Below the pieces are notes generated by a model. That model searched no databases. It was not told the DNA's origin and worked only from the letters and a program-made list of their open reading frames with translations. Positions 21,201 through 31,586 of a stretch of DNA of 64,000 bases are shown here, piece by piece; positions within the stretch are counted from its first letter, which is position 1; the number at the start of each line of letters is the position of its first letter. Source of the DNA: Tortispora ganteri (lineage: Eukaryota). The stretch is from contig PPNB01000015.1 of the NCBI GenBank assembly GCA_003707115.1, positions 1 to 64,000 on the forward strand. Reading direction: 5' to 3'. The translations under genes were made by a program, and so were the position numbers.

Positions 21201-21922
21201 TCGAAGAAAGAATATGGAATGGTTATTATTCCGACCCGCGCGAACTTCTTTATGATATAGAGATGATTTTGGAAGATGCAAACACCTTGAATGACCGGGA
21301 GAGAATTATAAAGGCGCAGGAAATGGTAACAAATGCCACTGTTTTCGTCGATGATCTACTGGGTGATGCTGCTTTTGTTGCGGTTCTTGGCAGACTTCGA
21401 GAACTCGAAAAAATGAAGAAAAAGAGAGCAAAGGAAGAAGCCTCTAAGGATAAAATGACCAATATTATGCAAAGCGAGCCTGCTAGCGAGCAGGATGCGA
21501 ACGGAGAGGCGGAAATGCATTCTAAGGAAAGTACTGAGATGGTGAATGGCGCGTTAACTGCTTCTGAGACGCACTCCGAGCAACACCTGTTTGAAAATGG
21601 CAAGAACATTAGTGACGCGGAAACAGATCTTGTATTAGGATGTTCTGGTCTGAATGCTGAAGTCACAGATGTTCAAGTGAATTTGGCGCCGGAACTCATA
21701 GAACCGCGTGAAGTGATATTAGATGAAGCTACTTTAGAAACTTTCATGCAGCGGCTAGTTGAGATGACTGCAGATCTGACTGTTGAGAAGTTAGAGATAG
21801 TGAATTCTGCTCTGTTAGATATTGTGTGGAATGAACGTCATACACCAGACAAGTTCAACTGCATAAAATCTCTTTTTGCACGCGCTACTGGAATTGTGAA
21901 GGAACTGAAACCGCATCAGTAA
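18257..21922 (+). CDS. YTA7: AAA+ ATPase histone chaperone Yta7/ATAD2 with degenerate bromodomain
   Basis: 1221 aa; acidic N-terminus, 'FHGPPGTGKT', 'RKGADCLSKWVGEAERQLRLLFEEA', second degenerate AAA domain, 'NMDLDVIEERIWNGYY'. Confidence 0.97.
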   Translation: MTSRRARTTKISYAESTESDSEFSHKSDTVHNTVGKSLIVTLKYSVRPSKTVPDLYDMTTRKARSHSSQIKSSEDEYHEFSSSDEISTSSAEFESDFQAREKRRQIQDFVVHDTSDEDDSVVKISRKRKKQNRKKHSGRQSVQRRRILDASDDDTVPPPVPTELDNDDEEEEEAQTAKREKRVRLLTDDEDEIEADSIIEQETAISLAEELAELQSSANDEPETPPKLNLRERKGINYHIPPPPTNNDISFDTGIYGTPSRRRKGTSMPQKRLFDTSGPFGGAGTQSLFTPVKYTGAAIDLYHPIAATVTNEPIDSDSDDNDMSMLPIGNTRAPDLPGGPTPFNLAPLASDQKPKKTNLADTDPVGVDNSVNFESVGGLDDYIDKLKEMVALPLLYPEVFSHFNVSTPKGVLFHGPPGTGKTLMARALAASCSQNGKKISFYMRKGADCLSKWVGEAERQLRLLFEEARKHQPSIIFFDEIDGLAPVRSSKQEQIHASIVSTLLALMDGMDNRGQVIIIGATNRPDSIDPALRRPGRFDREFYFPLPNLEARKSILRIHTSKWSSIPGEDLISNLAEMTKGFGGADLRALCTEAVLNSIRRSYPQIYMSSEKLLVDPSTINVTGPDFLYALKNINPSSARSTSALPQPLPEPVKELLLPKWKEICDILDMIFPRAPEVSDLKKAISMYNASKDLKTEQVIQSLQKMRTYRPRLMVLGDQGNGQEYLLSAILARLEGVFIQSFDIDALQSDSNTTQEAAVIQLFAEVKRRKPSVMYIADWATWLDVVPTNVKAIFFKQLRTILPTDPILFVAMSQDGLEQELSLELLESFGGSSKAFVRLENPQPSERRKFFQDLIKYIKTPPDLFSENEASRKPLPVLPKAPILEKKPDEIQENNASIEREYIKLKNSLKIKLGALSELLKVRYKRFRKPAIDASYLAHLFEPAPPGFGGPNVTYGYEIAERNKIIETETGKLFNNMDLDVIEERIWNGYYSDPRELLYDIEMILEDANTLNDRERIIKAQEMVTNATVFVDDLLGDAAFVAVLGRLRELEKMKKKRAKEEASKDKMTNIMQSEPASEQDANGEAEMHSKESTEMVNGALTASETHSEQHLFENGKNISDAETDLVLGCSGLNAEVTDVQVNLAPELIEPREVILDEATLETFMQRLVEMTADLTVEKLEIVNSALLDIVWNERHTPDKFNCIKSLFARATGIVKELKPHQ

Positions 21923-21989
21923 TGATTTTATAAGCATTGCACTCAGTTTCACTGTTCGTTATATAAATATAAAAAACTATCTTGCATAA

Positions 21990-23848
21990 TCAGATAGAGA
22001 ATTCACTGATATCGTAAATATCTGATAGTACTAAATTGAGCATTCTTTTGTGAAAGTTTTCATCAGCATGAGCATCAAATGTCGATAACTTGAACAAGTT
22101 TGGTGAAGGGAGGGCAGGAGGAGGTTCAGCGCTATTAATAGCTCGCACAATCTTGTCAGATAATAGAGACGCGCCAGTTTGATTTCGCATTATTTGGTGA
22201 TAGTGCTCAACTATATCACAAAGAGACTTCACGCCGATGTTATTCCTCAACATACTAGACTTACGCGAGACATCCTTTATGACTGATTCAGAAGCTATCA
22301 GCTTGTAGAGTAAATCGTCATAAGATTTCTTGTTTAAGAGAAAACTGTCTCCATATATAATGGCAATGTTCAAGACGTGGGTTATAGAGAGAGTGAGCGC
22401 AGTCATATCCTCCTTACTTTCCAAACTTAGGGCATAAGCTAAGGTATCCATAAGAGAAGTCCATAAATCAGACCATGCGATGTCTAGTCTAGACGAATTT
22501 GAACGTAGAAAATTGAGGATCAGCTCAAGGTTAGCCAAGACCAAGATATAAAAATTAATTTGAGGAGGATTTTTCCTGTTAGAATTCAAGGCCAAAATGC
22601 TAATATAAATGAGCCACACCAGAAGAAGTTGTGGTTTAGTGAGATATGGTCCTGTGTAATACTCTGAGGTATGGAATTCAGTATTGATGATTATCGATTT
22701 TGCAGCAGTTGTTATCACATCGGGATTATTAAGCCACAGATTGATAATAAGAAATGTCAGTCGTGAATATGTCGAAAATCTTGAGGAAGTCGAATGGTAA
22801 GCAGCCAGAAACGAAGTCAAGGAAATGAAATCGCTAATTGTGTAAGCATTAGCGGATTTATGTGATATAAAAAGCATAGAAAACCGTGGACAAGACAGAG
22901 AAAATTCGTAAAGAGGCATTAAGGCTGTTGCAGACGCTCTAGGGAGTTTGCGGAGAAGATCAGTACGGGGCGGTTTGGATGCGAATGCAGAGAAAGAGAG
23001 TTCTCGCAGTTTTTGGAACAAGAAAAGCGAAGATTTTGTTGGATTTACTAATGTAGTGAAATCATTGAGACAGCTATTAATGTGCTGGACAAGGTCTGCA
23101 ATACCGCTAGATATGAACGAGTCATTTGAAAGGGTGGATATGTGTTGCTTATATAGGTTTATACCGTTAGATGAATCCACAACAGTAAGTAAACTTAGCA
23201 GTAAGAATGCTGAGTAGGCTTCAAAGGGGTAATCGCGAACGATAAAAACCACAGAATTAAAAAGATCTTTTGAGAGAAAGCAGTATATGAGCGAGCTCCG
23301 GTACGACCCTTGGACGGCTATAAGGGCAGTGTGAAGGGCTGTGATTCTAAGACTTTCGGGTGCCGAACTGCTTATTATGCTGTCCAGCATGGAGACAAAA
23401 TCATACATCAATTCATCAATTCTATTCGCGCCAGCTAATATTGAAATCAAATCCGAGCTAGAATTAGAGTATTTCTTTGCAAACACCGCTTTCAGGAACA
23501 CTTGAAGTGACGACAGAGCATTCAACCGAGTTTGCGGTGCGATTTTGTCATCTGCCGCTATGTACACAGACTTTGAGAAGAAATCACGCGTTATATGAGT
23601 CATTTCCAACAGCTGTAAAGTATTTAAAGAATCAATTGTTTTAAACAGATTAATCTTCGACGGTTTCAATAAAAACAACTCGTACCAGAATCCTTCCGGC
23701 TTTGAGGCATCTTGACCTTCCTAACCCGTTAGTGCGCTGTTTAGCTACTATTAATACACCTTGTACTCACTGCAAAAAGCTCACGATAAAGAGAAAGCAC
23801 TTTGGGCTCTAGATTTCCTCTATCTAAGCGGCTGAGAGGCGAATTCAT
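21990..23848 (-). CDS. ARMH3/DUF1741-family armadillo-like protein; exons 23848-23771 and 23720-21990 (602 aa)
   Basis: Exon 1 MNSPLSRLDRGNLEPKVLSLYRELFA; 50-nt intron GTGAGT...CACTAAC GGGTTAG; in-frame join to 'EGFWYELFLLKP'; C-terminal 'GDSFL...YDDLLYKL'. Confidence 0.85.
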
Positions 23849-24062
23849 GACGCAGCTAGTATATATGACTCTAGAGAAGATTTTAAGTTTGGCTAGGCTT
23901 GGGAGCTACCTACAACTTCGGATGAAGTTACGAGTCAGTTTTCCCTTCACATTCATAATTTTATTAGTTCTCTATAGAAAGAGTTAAGTTCAAAAGTAGA
24001 AATACAAGCAAGCATTGAAGTGCTCAGAAAAGCGTTGAAACTAATAGGAAAAAACCAGCAAG

Positions 24063-25994
24063 TTACTCTTCCTCAGAAGAACTCTCCATTTCAGATTCGG
24101 AGGCCGATTCACCAGAAGATGCTGGGTCTGGGAAGGCAGCAGCAGCAGCAGCAGTAGCACCGCTTATTCCGCTGTTTGTTGCAGGAATGGCTCCTTTATT
24201 TTCAAGCTGCTTAATCTTTCTTTCAATGGAATCAATCTGGCGACGCTGTTCATTTTCTGACAGTGGTTTAGACTTCTTTGGCTTATTGGCGCCAACATAC
24301 GTGCTTTCCAAATCAACTGCACGATTCACGTGTGGCTTCACAGCTGGAGGTCCAGGAGTGTGCTTGCATACGTATTGATACAACTTCCAGGTAGTGTTGG
24401 GATTGAGCTGGTCAACGTCCAGCTCAATCTCATCCTGATTAGATCCTCCAAGTTCAGGCATCGATTCGTGAATAATCTGAATAACTTTAGGCATCTTGTC
24501 GCCGCTAAGCTGTCCAATTCTTTCACTTAAGTCCTTCTTCATCTCGTAACTTACATGAATAGTCTCATGCTTAACAGATTTAGATCCATTGGCCGCCCTT
24601 TTCCTAGGTTTCTTAGACTCGGTACTCGATTGCCGTCGCTCTTTCTTTCCACGACCGCGTCCAGGAGCGCTCTTAAGACTCGTCAACTGATTCTTTAGAA
24701 ACTCAAGTTGCTCTTCAATTTCTTTAATAGAACGTCCATTAGCTTCCTCTTCGGAGTCATCGTCTTCATCTTCAGAATCATACGTAGCCGAATGCATGGA
24801 ACGTCTTCTGCCAGTGCTTTGACGAAACTCCTCGGCAGAAGGCTTTTCAGCCCATTTAGAATTGAAAACTTCTTCCAATCGATGTCCCATCAAGTTGACA
24901 GGAGTTCCCTCAGGGTTGAACTTGTAACAATTCTTAAACATCAAACGTATGTCTGATTCAAACTGTGCAACTGTGTCGTACTCACCATTATCAAATTTCT
25001 GCTGGACAGTGCTTAAATCCATTGGCGTTTTGACAATTTTGGTGTAGTTGGGTATGTTAAGTGCCACGGGGTCAACTGGCTCCAAAAAGGGGTATGAATA
25101 ACTCTGATGCTTTTTGGATTGAAGCTCCTTAAGAACCTGTGCGCAAAATTTCATCTCAGGTGTCATTTTCTTTCGCCTAGGTTTGGTTTCCATATATGGG
25201 AGATCACGCGATTTTGGCGGGTGAACTTCACGGCGAGGCCGTTCGTCTGTGCGTGTGGAGTATTCACCAAGAATTTTCTTTTTTGGAGTATCTCCCTTGA
25301 AATCGATAGGGGGCATTTGCTTCATCTGTCGCTCAAATGATGCGCGAACATTGCGTGCCATTTCGCTGATTTTAGATTCGGCACCGTTGAATGTCTCACA
25401 ATTAGATACAATAAGATTCATATCTGCAACAAACTCGTCAGTACTAGCGTAAAGGTTGTCGTGCAGTTTCTTATCCACAGTCTGCAAATCCATAGGCTGC
25501 TTAATAATATTAAAATAGTTTGGGATATTAAGCTTCACTGGATCTACAGGAGTAACAAAGGGACCAGCATCCTTCATTTTTCGCAGCGATCGCACCATCG
25601 ATAAAGCATATTTCACTTGATGCTTCGGCATAGGATGCTCCGGTTTCGTTATCAAAGTCTCTGGAGCAGGGGTAGGCAAAGTATCTTCATTCTTAGCATC
25701 AGTAACTACCGAATAGACTGTTGAACTGTCGTCTGCTGCGGGCTGAGTTTGTTCAGGCTTCTTGTCCGTTGTCTGCAGCCCGGAGTCAGCTTGTTCGTCC
25801 GCTGGGACAACATCTGTGGCAGTCTTATCTTCCACGTTCGATACCTGTTCATTATCGGAACCGGAGACCCCGTTAGCCCCGTCCTCAGTTTTGGCCCTCT
25901 TCGTAGAAACATTATCGGCCTGAGATTCAAGTTCGCGCTTCAAGGTTTCTGATGAAGCGTCAGAAGCTTTTACAGAATCTTCTTGTTCGGACAT
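24063..25994 (-). CDS. BDF1: BET-family double-bromodomain protein
   Basis: 643 aa; two bromodomains ('PFVTPVDPVKLNIPNYF', 'PFLEPVDPVALNIPNY'), ET domain 'EIELDVDQL', acidic SEED-like tail. Confidence 0.97.
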   Translation of the reverse strand: MSEQEDSVKASDASSETLKRELESQADNVSTKRAKTEDGANGVSGSDNEQVSNVEDKTATDVVPADEQADSGLQTTDKKPEQTQPAADDSSTVYSVVTDAKNEDTLPTPAPETLITKPEHPMPKHQVKYALSMVRSLRKMKDAGPFVTPVDPVKLNIPNYFNIIKQPMDLQTVDKKLHDNLYASTDEFVADMNLIVSNCETFNGAESKISEMARNVRASFERQMKQMPPIDFKGDTPKKKILGEYSTRTDERPRREVHPPKSRDLPYMETKPRRKKMTPEMKFCAQVLKELQSKKHQSYSYPFLEPVDPVALNIPNYTKIVKTPMDLSTVQQKFDNGEYDTVAQFESDIRLMFKNCYKFNPEGTPVNLMGHRLEEVFNSKWAEKPSAEEFRQSTGRRRSMHSATYDSEDEDDDSEEEANGRSIKEIEEQLEFLKNQLTSLKSAPGRGRGKKERRQSSTESKKPRKRAANGSKSVKHETIHVSYEMKKDLSERIGQLSGDKMPKVIQIIHESMPELGGSNQDEIELDVDQLNPNTTWKLYQYVCKHTPGPPAVKPHVNRAVDLESTYVGANKPKKSKPLSENEQRRQIDSIERKIKQLENKGAIPATNSGISGATAAAAAAFPDPASSGESASESEMESSSEEE

Positions 25995-26310
25995 CGTTTA
26001 TATACAATATAAGGCAAACAAAAGCGCGCCTAGCGTACAACAACCACGTACAACGGAATATCTATACACAAACACAAGCAAAGTGTATATATTTAAAAGA
26101 AGGCAAAGGTTATAGGACTACTTTGCTGTCACAGCCTTTATGAGCTATCCTACTAAACGCTCACTTTGCGTTCGAATAAAAATGAACCAAAGACGTTCCC
26201 TTAGCAACCGGAAGGGGTAACTTATGATAAATAGAGAATTTGGGAAAGCGGAGGCAATTTATAGTATTCGCGAGTCGGTGTTAATCAACACATAACCCTT
26301 GACCCTGCTG

Positions 26311-26339
26311 AATTTTTCAACTTTGGGTTTTCTCATCTG
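26311..26339 (-). promoter_or_regulatory. RRPE-like (TGAAAAATTC) and PAC-like (CAGATGAG) elements in the BDF1/UTP5 divergent region
   Basis: Plus strand shows 'gaatttttca' and 'ctcatctg'. UTP5 is a ribosome-biogenesis gene, the class that carries RRPE+PAC in yeasts. Confidence 0.5.
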
Positions 26340-26765
26340 GTATGTGGATGTACCAATTTAGGCAATGCGGCGTTACAGTACGAATTTTATTAAACCCACT
26401 TACTTTTTTTCTTCGCATACGAGGAGGACTATAAAGCGATCGATTTATTGACCGTCGAGCAATAATATATCTCTAGTTGCGAGTTTCTACATCATACTGC
26501 CGAAGTGTATAGTTCTTGCAATCTGATACTCGAACCTGACAATACTACTACCCTTTCTGCTACAGTATTTCCTGGATCGGAGGATAATTATCTTTTCGCT
26601 GTCTGCCTTTTGTAACGAGAGCGAAGCCCCCTTTTGTTTCTATATCTATTGAAACGATTGCATTCTACTGAGAAAGTTTTTTATTTTTGTTCTTTTTTAT
26701 TTCTATTTGTTTCTGTTGGTTTCAGATTTTACGATCTTTGTGCTATCGGTATTTTACTGTCAAGG

Positions 26766-28550
26766 ATGCTTACTGATTCACAATTCTATGTTATACAGGA
26801 CTCTATCAACGGCCCTGTGATTCGTTCATATTCGCTGCCCGATGGCTCATTTGCCGACGAATTTGCACTGAAAGACAAACTAGTACCTTCCAGTTTATGT
26901 ATGATAGAAGTTGGTCAGCCTTCTAAGAAGAAACGGCGCCGCTCTTCTACTTCGAACTCGCATAAAGGGCCCATTTGGTCTGGCAGTGCTTTGGCAGTAG
27001 GCACAACTACTGGTTCTGTTTCAATAATATCCTCAGGTTCTAATGAATTAATGCAAGAAATATTGGTACCATCGTTCAACGCTCCAGTCACCTTTCTTTC
27101 TGTGAATGATGGCACACTATGGGCTAGCAGTTCTAACGGCAAAGTCGCAGAGATTCCGCTTGTTTCTCCTTTAGAAGTTAAAAGCGTCTATGAATTTAAA
27201 GATCGACAAATTTCGAGAGTTTGTTACATAGATGGTCGTTTACTAGCCTCATCTCACACCATTCACGTATTTCCCCTAGACACAGAAGGCCGTCCAAGTG
27301 CAAAATCTGTGCTACAAATTGAGCCCAGTTCATCTTATCCTATATATACAACCCCTGTTAATACTCTTGTTGCATCAACGCAAAACAAATATGTTCTATC
27401 TGCTGCAGACAACGATCGATTTATCAACGCTGTGGATATCGATACTGGTAAAAGTGCTGTGATTATGGTAGCACAAGCAGATGTCAAAATGGCATTTTGC
27501 AACGAATCTGAATCTCTCGCAGGTGCAGTAACTGCTCCCGGGTTTGTTGAGATATTTGAGAACCCTTTCGTTGCTTCTTCTGCGAGCAAGAACAGCAGAA
27601 AAAGCTCATCTGTTACAAAAAACTCTTCTACAATTGTGAAGGTGGTTCATCGGTTAGAGTCTGGCAATGCCCCGTCTAAGCCGGTATCTGTTCTTGAAGC
27701 ATCATTTATATCTGGGGATAGCAACGTTCTGCAGGTTGTTTGGCTGCAGGGAGGCTTGCAGTATCGCTTCGAACGAATCCCTATTGACTTATCGAAGCCA
27801 GAACTAACAGTGGTCGTTAGCGAAAAGCAATCTATTACGAAAATTGGCAATGGAGTGAATGGCTTGTATTCTGAATCAAATGCGGTTGTTACCAGTGGAA
27901 ATAATCATCGTGATCTCGAAGACCAGCCGATGAAGGATCTCACTGTGCGGAGTATTGATGAGCCCACACTGGCTGAGCAATTGGAGGTGGTTGAAGGACG
28001 TGTTACTCCAAAGAGAAACCAAGACCTACAAGTAGTTGCTGGTTCCCTAGTTTCTGTGCTTACTCAAGCATTGAGATCTAACGACAAAGCATTACTGGAG
28101 ACGTGTCTCGGTACCGATGACGAGTCAGTTATTCGCACTTCAGTTCAAGGATTAGAACCTGTTGACGCTATCAAATTGTTGGAATCCATTGCAGACATAT
28201 TGGCAGTTGTTCCCAATCGTACAGGAGAACTGACAAGCTGGATACAATGGACTATTGTTGTCCATGGAGGATACCTGTCATCGATATCGTCATTGTCTTC
28301 ATCTCTTGCTTCGCTGTACAGTGTTCTTACGGCGCATGCAGCCAAGCTTCAATCGTTACTTGCTCTACAAGGAAGACTGACTATGCTGCGTGCCCAGATA
28401 GAGCTGCGAAGAGAAGTTGGTAAACTGAATATTAGCGATAAAGTTGACGAGCCCGCCGCGGTCACATATGTTGAGTCCGATGAGGACGTATCTGAGGATG
28501 AAGTGGAAGATGATTACGATATTGAACAAGGGGAAGATGATTCTGAATAA
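26766..28550 (+). CDS. UTP5: SSU processome t-UTP subunit Utp5/WDR43 (first ATG 26766; track start is a non-ATG extension)
   Basis: WD40-like N-terminal region, Utp12-type C-terminal domain 'SLVSVLTQALRSNDKALLETCL...HGGYL...LLALQGRL', acidic tail. Confidence 0.88.
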   Translation: MLTDSQFYVIQDSINGPVIRSYSLPDGSFADEFALKDKLVPSSLCMIEVGQPSKKKRRRSSTSNSHKGPIWSGSALAVGTTTGSVSIISSGSNELMQEILVPSFNAPVTFLSVNDGTLWASSSNGKVAEIPLVSPLEVKSVYEFKDRQISRVCYIDGRLLASSHTIHVFPLDTEGRPSAKSVLQIEPSSSYPIYTTPVNTLVASTQNKYVLSAADNDRFINAVDIDTGKSAVIMVAQADVKMAFCNESESLAGAVTAPGFVEIFENPFVASSASKNSRKSSSVTKNSSTIVKVVHRLESGNAPSKPVSVLEASFISGDSNVLQVVWLQGGLQYRFERIPIDLSKPELTVVVSEKQSITKIGNGVNGLYSESNAVVTSGNNHRDLEDQPMKDLTVRSIDEPTLAEQLEVVEGRVTPKRNQDLQVVAGSLVSVLTQALRSNDKALLETCLGTDDESVIRTSVQGLEPVDAIKLLESIADILAVVPNRTGELTSWIQWTIVVHGGYLSSISSLSSSLASLYSVLTAHAAKLQSLLALQGRLTMLRAQIELRREVGKLNISDKVDEPAAVTYVESDEDVSEDEVEDDYDIEQGEDDSE

Positions 28551-28673
28551 AACACCCGAATAACTTACTAGCTATTTGTTATAACCCTAAAATTACATTT
28601 AAATGTAGATGCAATTCCTTGTCCTAATAGGCCTTGCATGCGTTTTCGTAAAGTCATTGAGTTGCGAAATTCG

Positions 28674-29549
28674 CTATATCGTAACCGCAGTTATAAACCC
28701 AAGAATGAAGTTCATGGCAATACCAAAAAACAACGACAGCCGAATGGTATCTGAGATAAGAGTATTGTCTATCATGAAAGGAATCACCATGAAATTTCCA
28801 TAAAATCCCACTATACAGCCCAAAATCAACGATCCATACTCTGATACAGAAAATTCTTGTGACAACGGGAAGTCCGAGGTAGTATCAGTATTGGTAAAAG
28901 TAAACAAACTGCCTGCACCGTTAGGAACCAGTCTTTGGGTGCTGGCATTATCTGCAGCTGCGGATTCCGCAAGTGAATTGAGGTGTCTATCGCGGCCATC
29001 ATCGGCGTTAGTCACCATATCGTCCATCCATTGTTCTTCCAGATCCCGCAAACTTGCATCATGTGTTTCGAAATCGGCATCGACTTCCGTGTTATTCTGA
29101 CCGAATGCTCCTGAAAGAGTCTGTGCAATGCCATGCACTCGCATAAACTGGCTACGAATCGACTGCACTTCAACCGGGCTGATCCCAGCGGCGACTAGCC
29201 GATCAAATCCTCTCAGAGGCACTGTAGAGTGTGCGCTCAACTCGGCCTCGCGCTCAGCTTCGAGCGATTCCTCTCTTGAAGAGTCCAAACTTGATTCATC
29301 TGCAGACTTTGCTGTGAGTTCTTGTCCGACAACACAGTGAACAAATACAGGTGACGAATCCAAAGAAGTCGGGGCTTTTATAGGTGTCACTCCCACAATA
29401 ATGCGCCCGGCTACAATGAGACGCAAACGACAAGACGCGGTAGCTGGTCGCAGTTTCCTAATTTCTGACCTTATCAAGGCAGCTGAGGGTTTATCAATAT
29501 CTAGCTCCAAGTCAGGCGCCGGCGGAGAAAAGCGCACTTTCAGCCGCAT
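28674..29549 (-). CDS. DSC3: Dsc E3 ligase complex subunit Dsc3 (UBL + DUF2407 + C-terminal TM helices)
   Basis: 'LKVRFS...LRLIVAGR...FVHCVVG', 'RGFDRLVAAG...IRSQF', 'LEEQWMD', hydrophobic C-terminus. Confidence 0.85.
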   Translation of the reverse strand: MRLKVRFSPPAPDLELDIDKPSAALIRSEIRKLRPATASCRLRLIVAGRIIVGVTPIKAPTSLDSSPVFVHCVVGQELTAKSADESSLDSSREESLEAEREAELSAHSTVPLRGFDRLVAAGISPVEVQSIRSQFMRVHGIAQTLSGAFGQNNTEVDADFETHDASLRDLEEQWMDDMVTNADDGRDRHLNSLAESAAADNASTQRLVPNGAGSLFTFTNTDTTSDFPLSQEFSVSEYGSLILGCIVGFYGNFMVIPFMIDNTLISDTIRLSLFFGIAMNFILGFITAVTI

Positions 29550-29671
29550 TAAGTCACTAGTTGCGTTTATGGCTAATGGGAGAATGTCGAGGCCTACTGT
29601 TAGCGCTCCAATCGCAAAGAGTACTGTACAATTTCGTAAATAAAAATATCACAGTGATGGAGCACTGTTTA

Positions 29672-30874
29672 TCATACAACTGGTATAAAATTACCAACGA
29701 TGCAAGAGGGAATATTGTACCGATCCCTTCGTATGGTAAAGGAGAAGCAGCACTGGATAGGTGGCCCACCTGATCGCGGCTGCAGGTTACAAGACGTTAG
29801 GACGGCTTTATGGCCAGAATCAAAAGCAATATTGCCATACTTCTCCCAGTAATTCACAGCTGAGTCTTCCTGCATCAGTTCGTATATGGCTAGTTTACCA
29901 TCTCGAAGGTCGAGGACATCGGCGTTCACTAAAGCGGCAAACTCTTTATTGCCTCGATATATTTCGCCCGTTCGTCTCCAGAGACAAGCAGGAATAGCCA
30001 TAGATGTAAATATACGGTCATAGTCCAACAGTATTCTTTCGAAAGACTCTTCTACAAGCACGAGGTCCACGTCGGTCAACGACTGAGCCACTGCTCGGAA
30101 GGCTGGTCTGAATATAGACAACGGTTTTAGAATCCGTTGTCGTGATTGTATAGACATGTTCTTGTCCATGTAAGATTGCAGCCTGGTATAGCCGTTTACA
30201 TAGTTGAATGGTTTCAGGAGACCCGCCATGAGTTTTGCATTAATTACCTGCTTTAGTCGCTCCTCTGGGGACGTTTCAAGAGGGTCGGCAGCAGTGAGGA
30301 AAAACTTATCTTCAGCAGTAGAACTGTCCGGAATGCCCTGTGAATTTCTGCTCGAAGGAGCGGCTGACGTCTCTGCTGTATCTGTGTCTGTGAATGCAGG
30401 AAGCGCGGTTTGCGCAAGATTATATGATGGGTCATCTAGCAAAGTAGCGAAATCGGCTAACGAAGAAAATTCTGAGCCGGCATGTTCGCTGACAAACATG
30501 TTATTAGGGTTCATTTCGAATAGTGTCTGCATAGTGGCTGAAGACGCATTTTGTTGCGGCTTTAATTCGGTTTGTTGGGGTATCAGGTGCGTCGGCACAT
30601 TTACTTGGTTTGGTGAAACTATATCTGTAGCAGATGTTTGCAAAGGCTCGGACACAGCATTTGAGACTTGCGATTGTTCGTAGTTCTTTTCAGGTTTACG
30701 CGAAGAGTCATCATCTCTGCATAAATGCGCAATGTTTCTCTTTATGCATCGCTGACACGGCCGACCAGGATCGCAAGTCATATGCGACCTTCGACAGAAT
30801 ATGCAAGCGTGTCCCACTTTTCGTTTTCGCAGTTTCACCTTCGGAGGCGCTGCAACTGTCTTTTCATTCACCAT
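29672..30874 (-). CDS. RDS2: Zn2Cys6 + PAS transcription factor Rds2/AcuM/Cwt1 (gluconeogenesis regulator)
   Basis: 'ACIFCRRSHMTCDPGRPCQRCIKRNIAHLC', 'FFLTAADP', 'RRTGEIYRGNKEF', 'CCFSFTIRRDRYNIPSCIVGNFIP'. Confidence 0.93.
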   Translation of the reverse strand: MVNEKTVAAPPKVKLRKRKVGHACIFCRRSHMTCDPGRPCQRCIKRNIAHLCRDDDSSRKPEKNYEQSQVSNAVSEPLQTSATDIVSPNQVNVPTHLIPQQTELKPQQNASSATMQTLFEMNPNNMFVSEHAGSEFSSLADFATLLDDPSYNLAQTALPAFTDTDTAETSAAPSSRNSQGIPDSSTAEDKFFLTAADPLETSPEERLKQVINAKLMAGLLKPFNYVNGYTRLQSYMDKNMSIQSRQRILKPLSIFRPAFRAVAQSLTDVDLVLVEESFERILLDYDRIFTSMAIPACLWRRTGEIYRGNKEFAALVNADVLDLRDGKLAIYELMQEDSAVNYWEKYGNIAFDSGHKAVLTSCNLQPRSGGPPIQCCFSFTIRRDRYNIPSCIVGNFIPVV

Positions 30875-31586
30875 ATCTGGAAACCTGCTGCCAAAATCTC
30901 GAGGAGTGTAAAATATTATAAGATTGTGGGGAAGCCTGCTTCTCGTAAGTGTGGGCGCTTATAATAACCCTATTCTTTTTTCGCATCTATACACTAATAT
31001 TAGCTGAAAAACATGGTTTTATTACTCAGAAACGGTAAACTGTTAAACGTAGGCGCTTTTATATTGCTTTGTTGATTAAATAGACAAATATCCAATACAG
31101 ATGCATGTGCAATTGCGACCGACATAGCTTTGGTTTTGTTTCTGGTGTAACTTGTATTACCAAAGCACCAATGTAACCCATAAACGTACTCGTCCGACAA
31201 GTGGCGAGACAGCTTGTAAAACAGTGCGAAAAAAAAATCTACATCCACTACAACAGTCATTTCGAGGGAAATACGAATATCTTATAAGCTAGTATTAGAT
31301 AAGACCGATCTTCGAATCTAATCTAGAGACGCACTGCCCAGTATGTATATAGAGCACGTATTCATAGCAGATCGAATGTCAAACAATCGAAAGACATTTT
31401 AAAAAAAATTCATAATCGCTTCTAGTGATAAAAGCAATTATTATAAATAGCGAGAGCTACTCACAAAAAAAAACGATCCGCTTACTTGGATCTGGCTCTC
31501 ATTTTTCTGCGTTTGCGTTTTAAGCGTCGAACTCTTTTCTTTTTCTACATAAATGTTAGTAAACTATTCAGCAATTAAACAACAGC

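Noticed and set aside
26634..26765. Hydrophobic N-terminal extension of UTP5 in the ORF track
   Set aside because: Starts at TTG in T-rich leader DNA; the first ATG is 26766.
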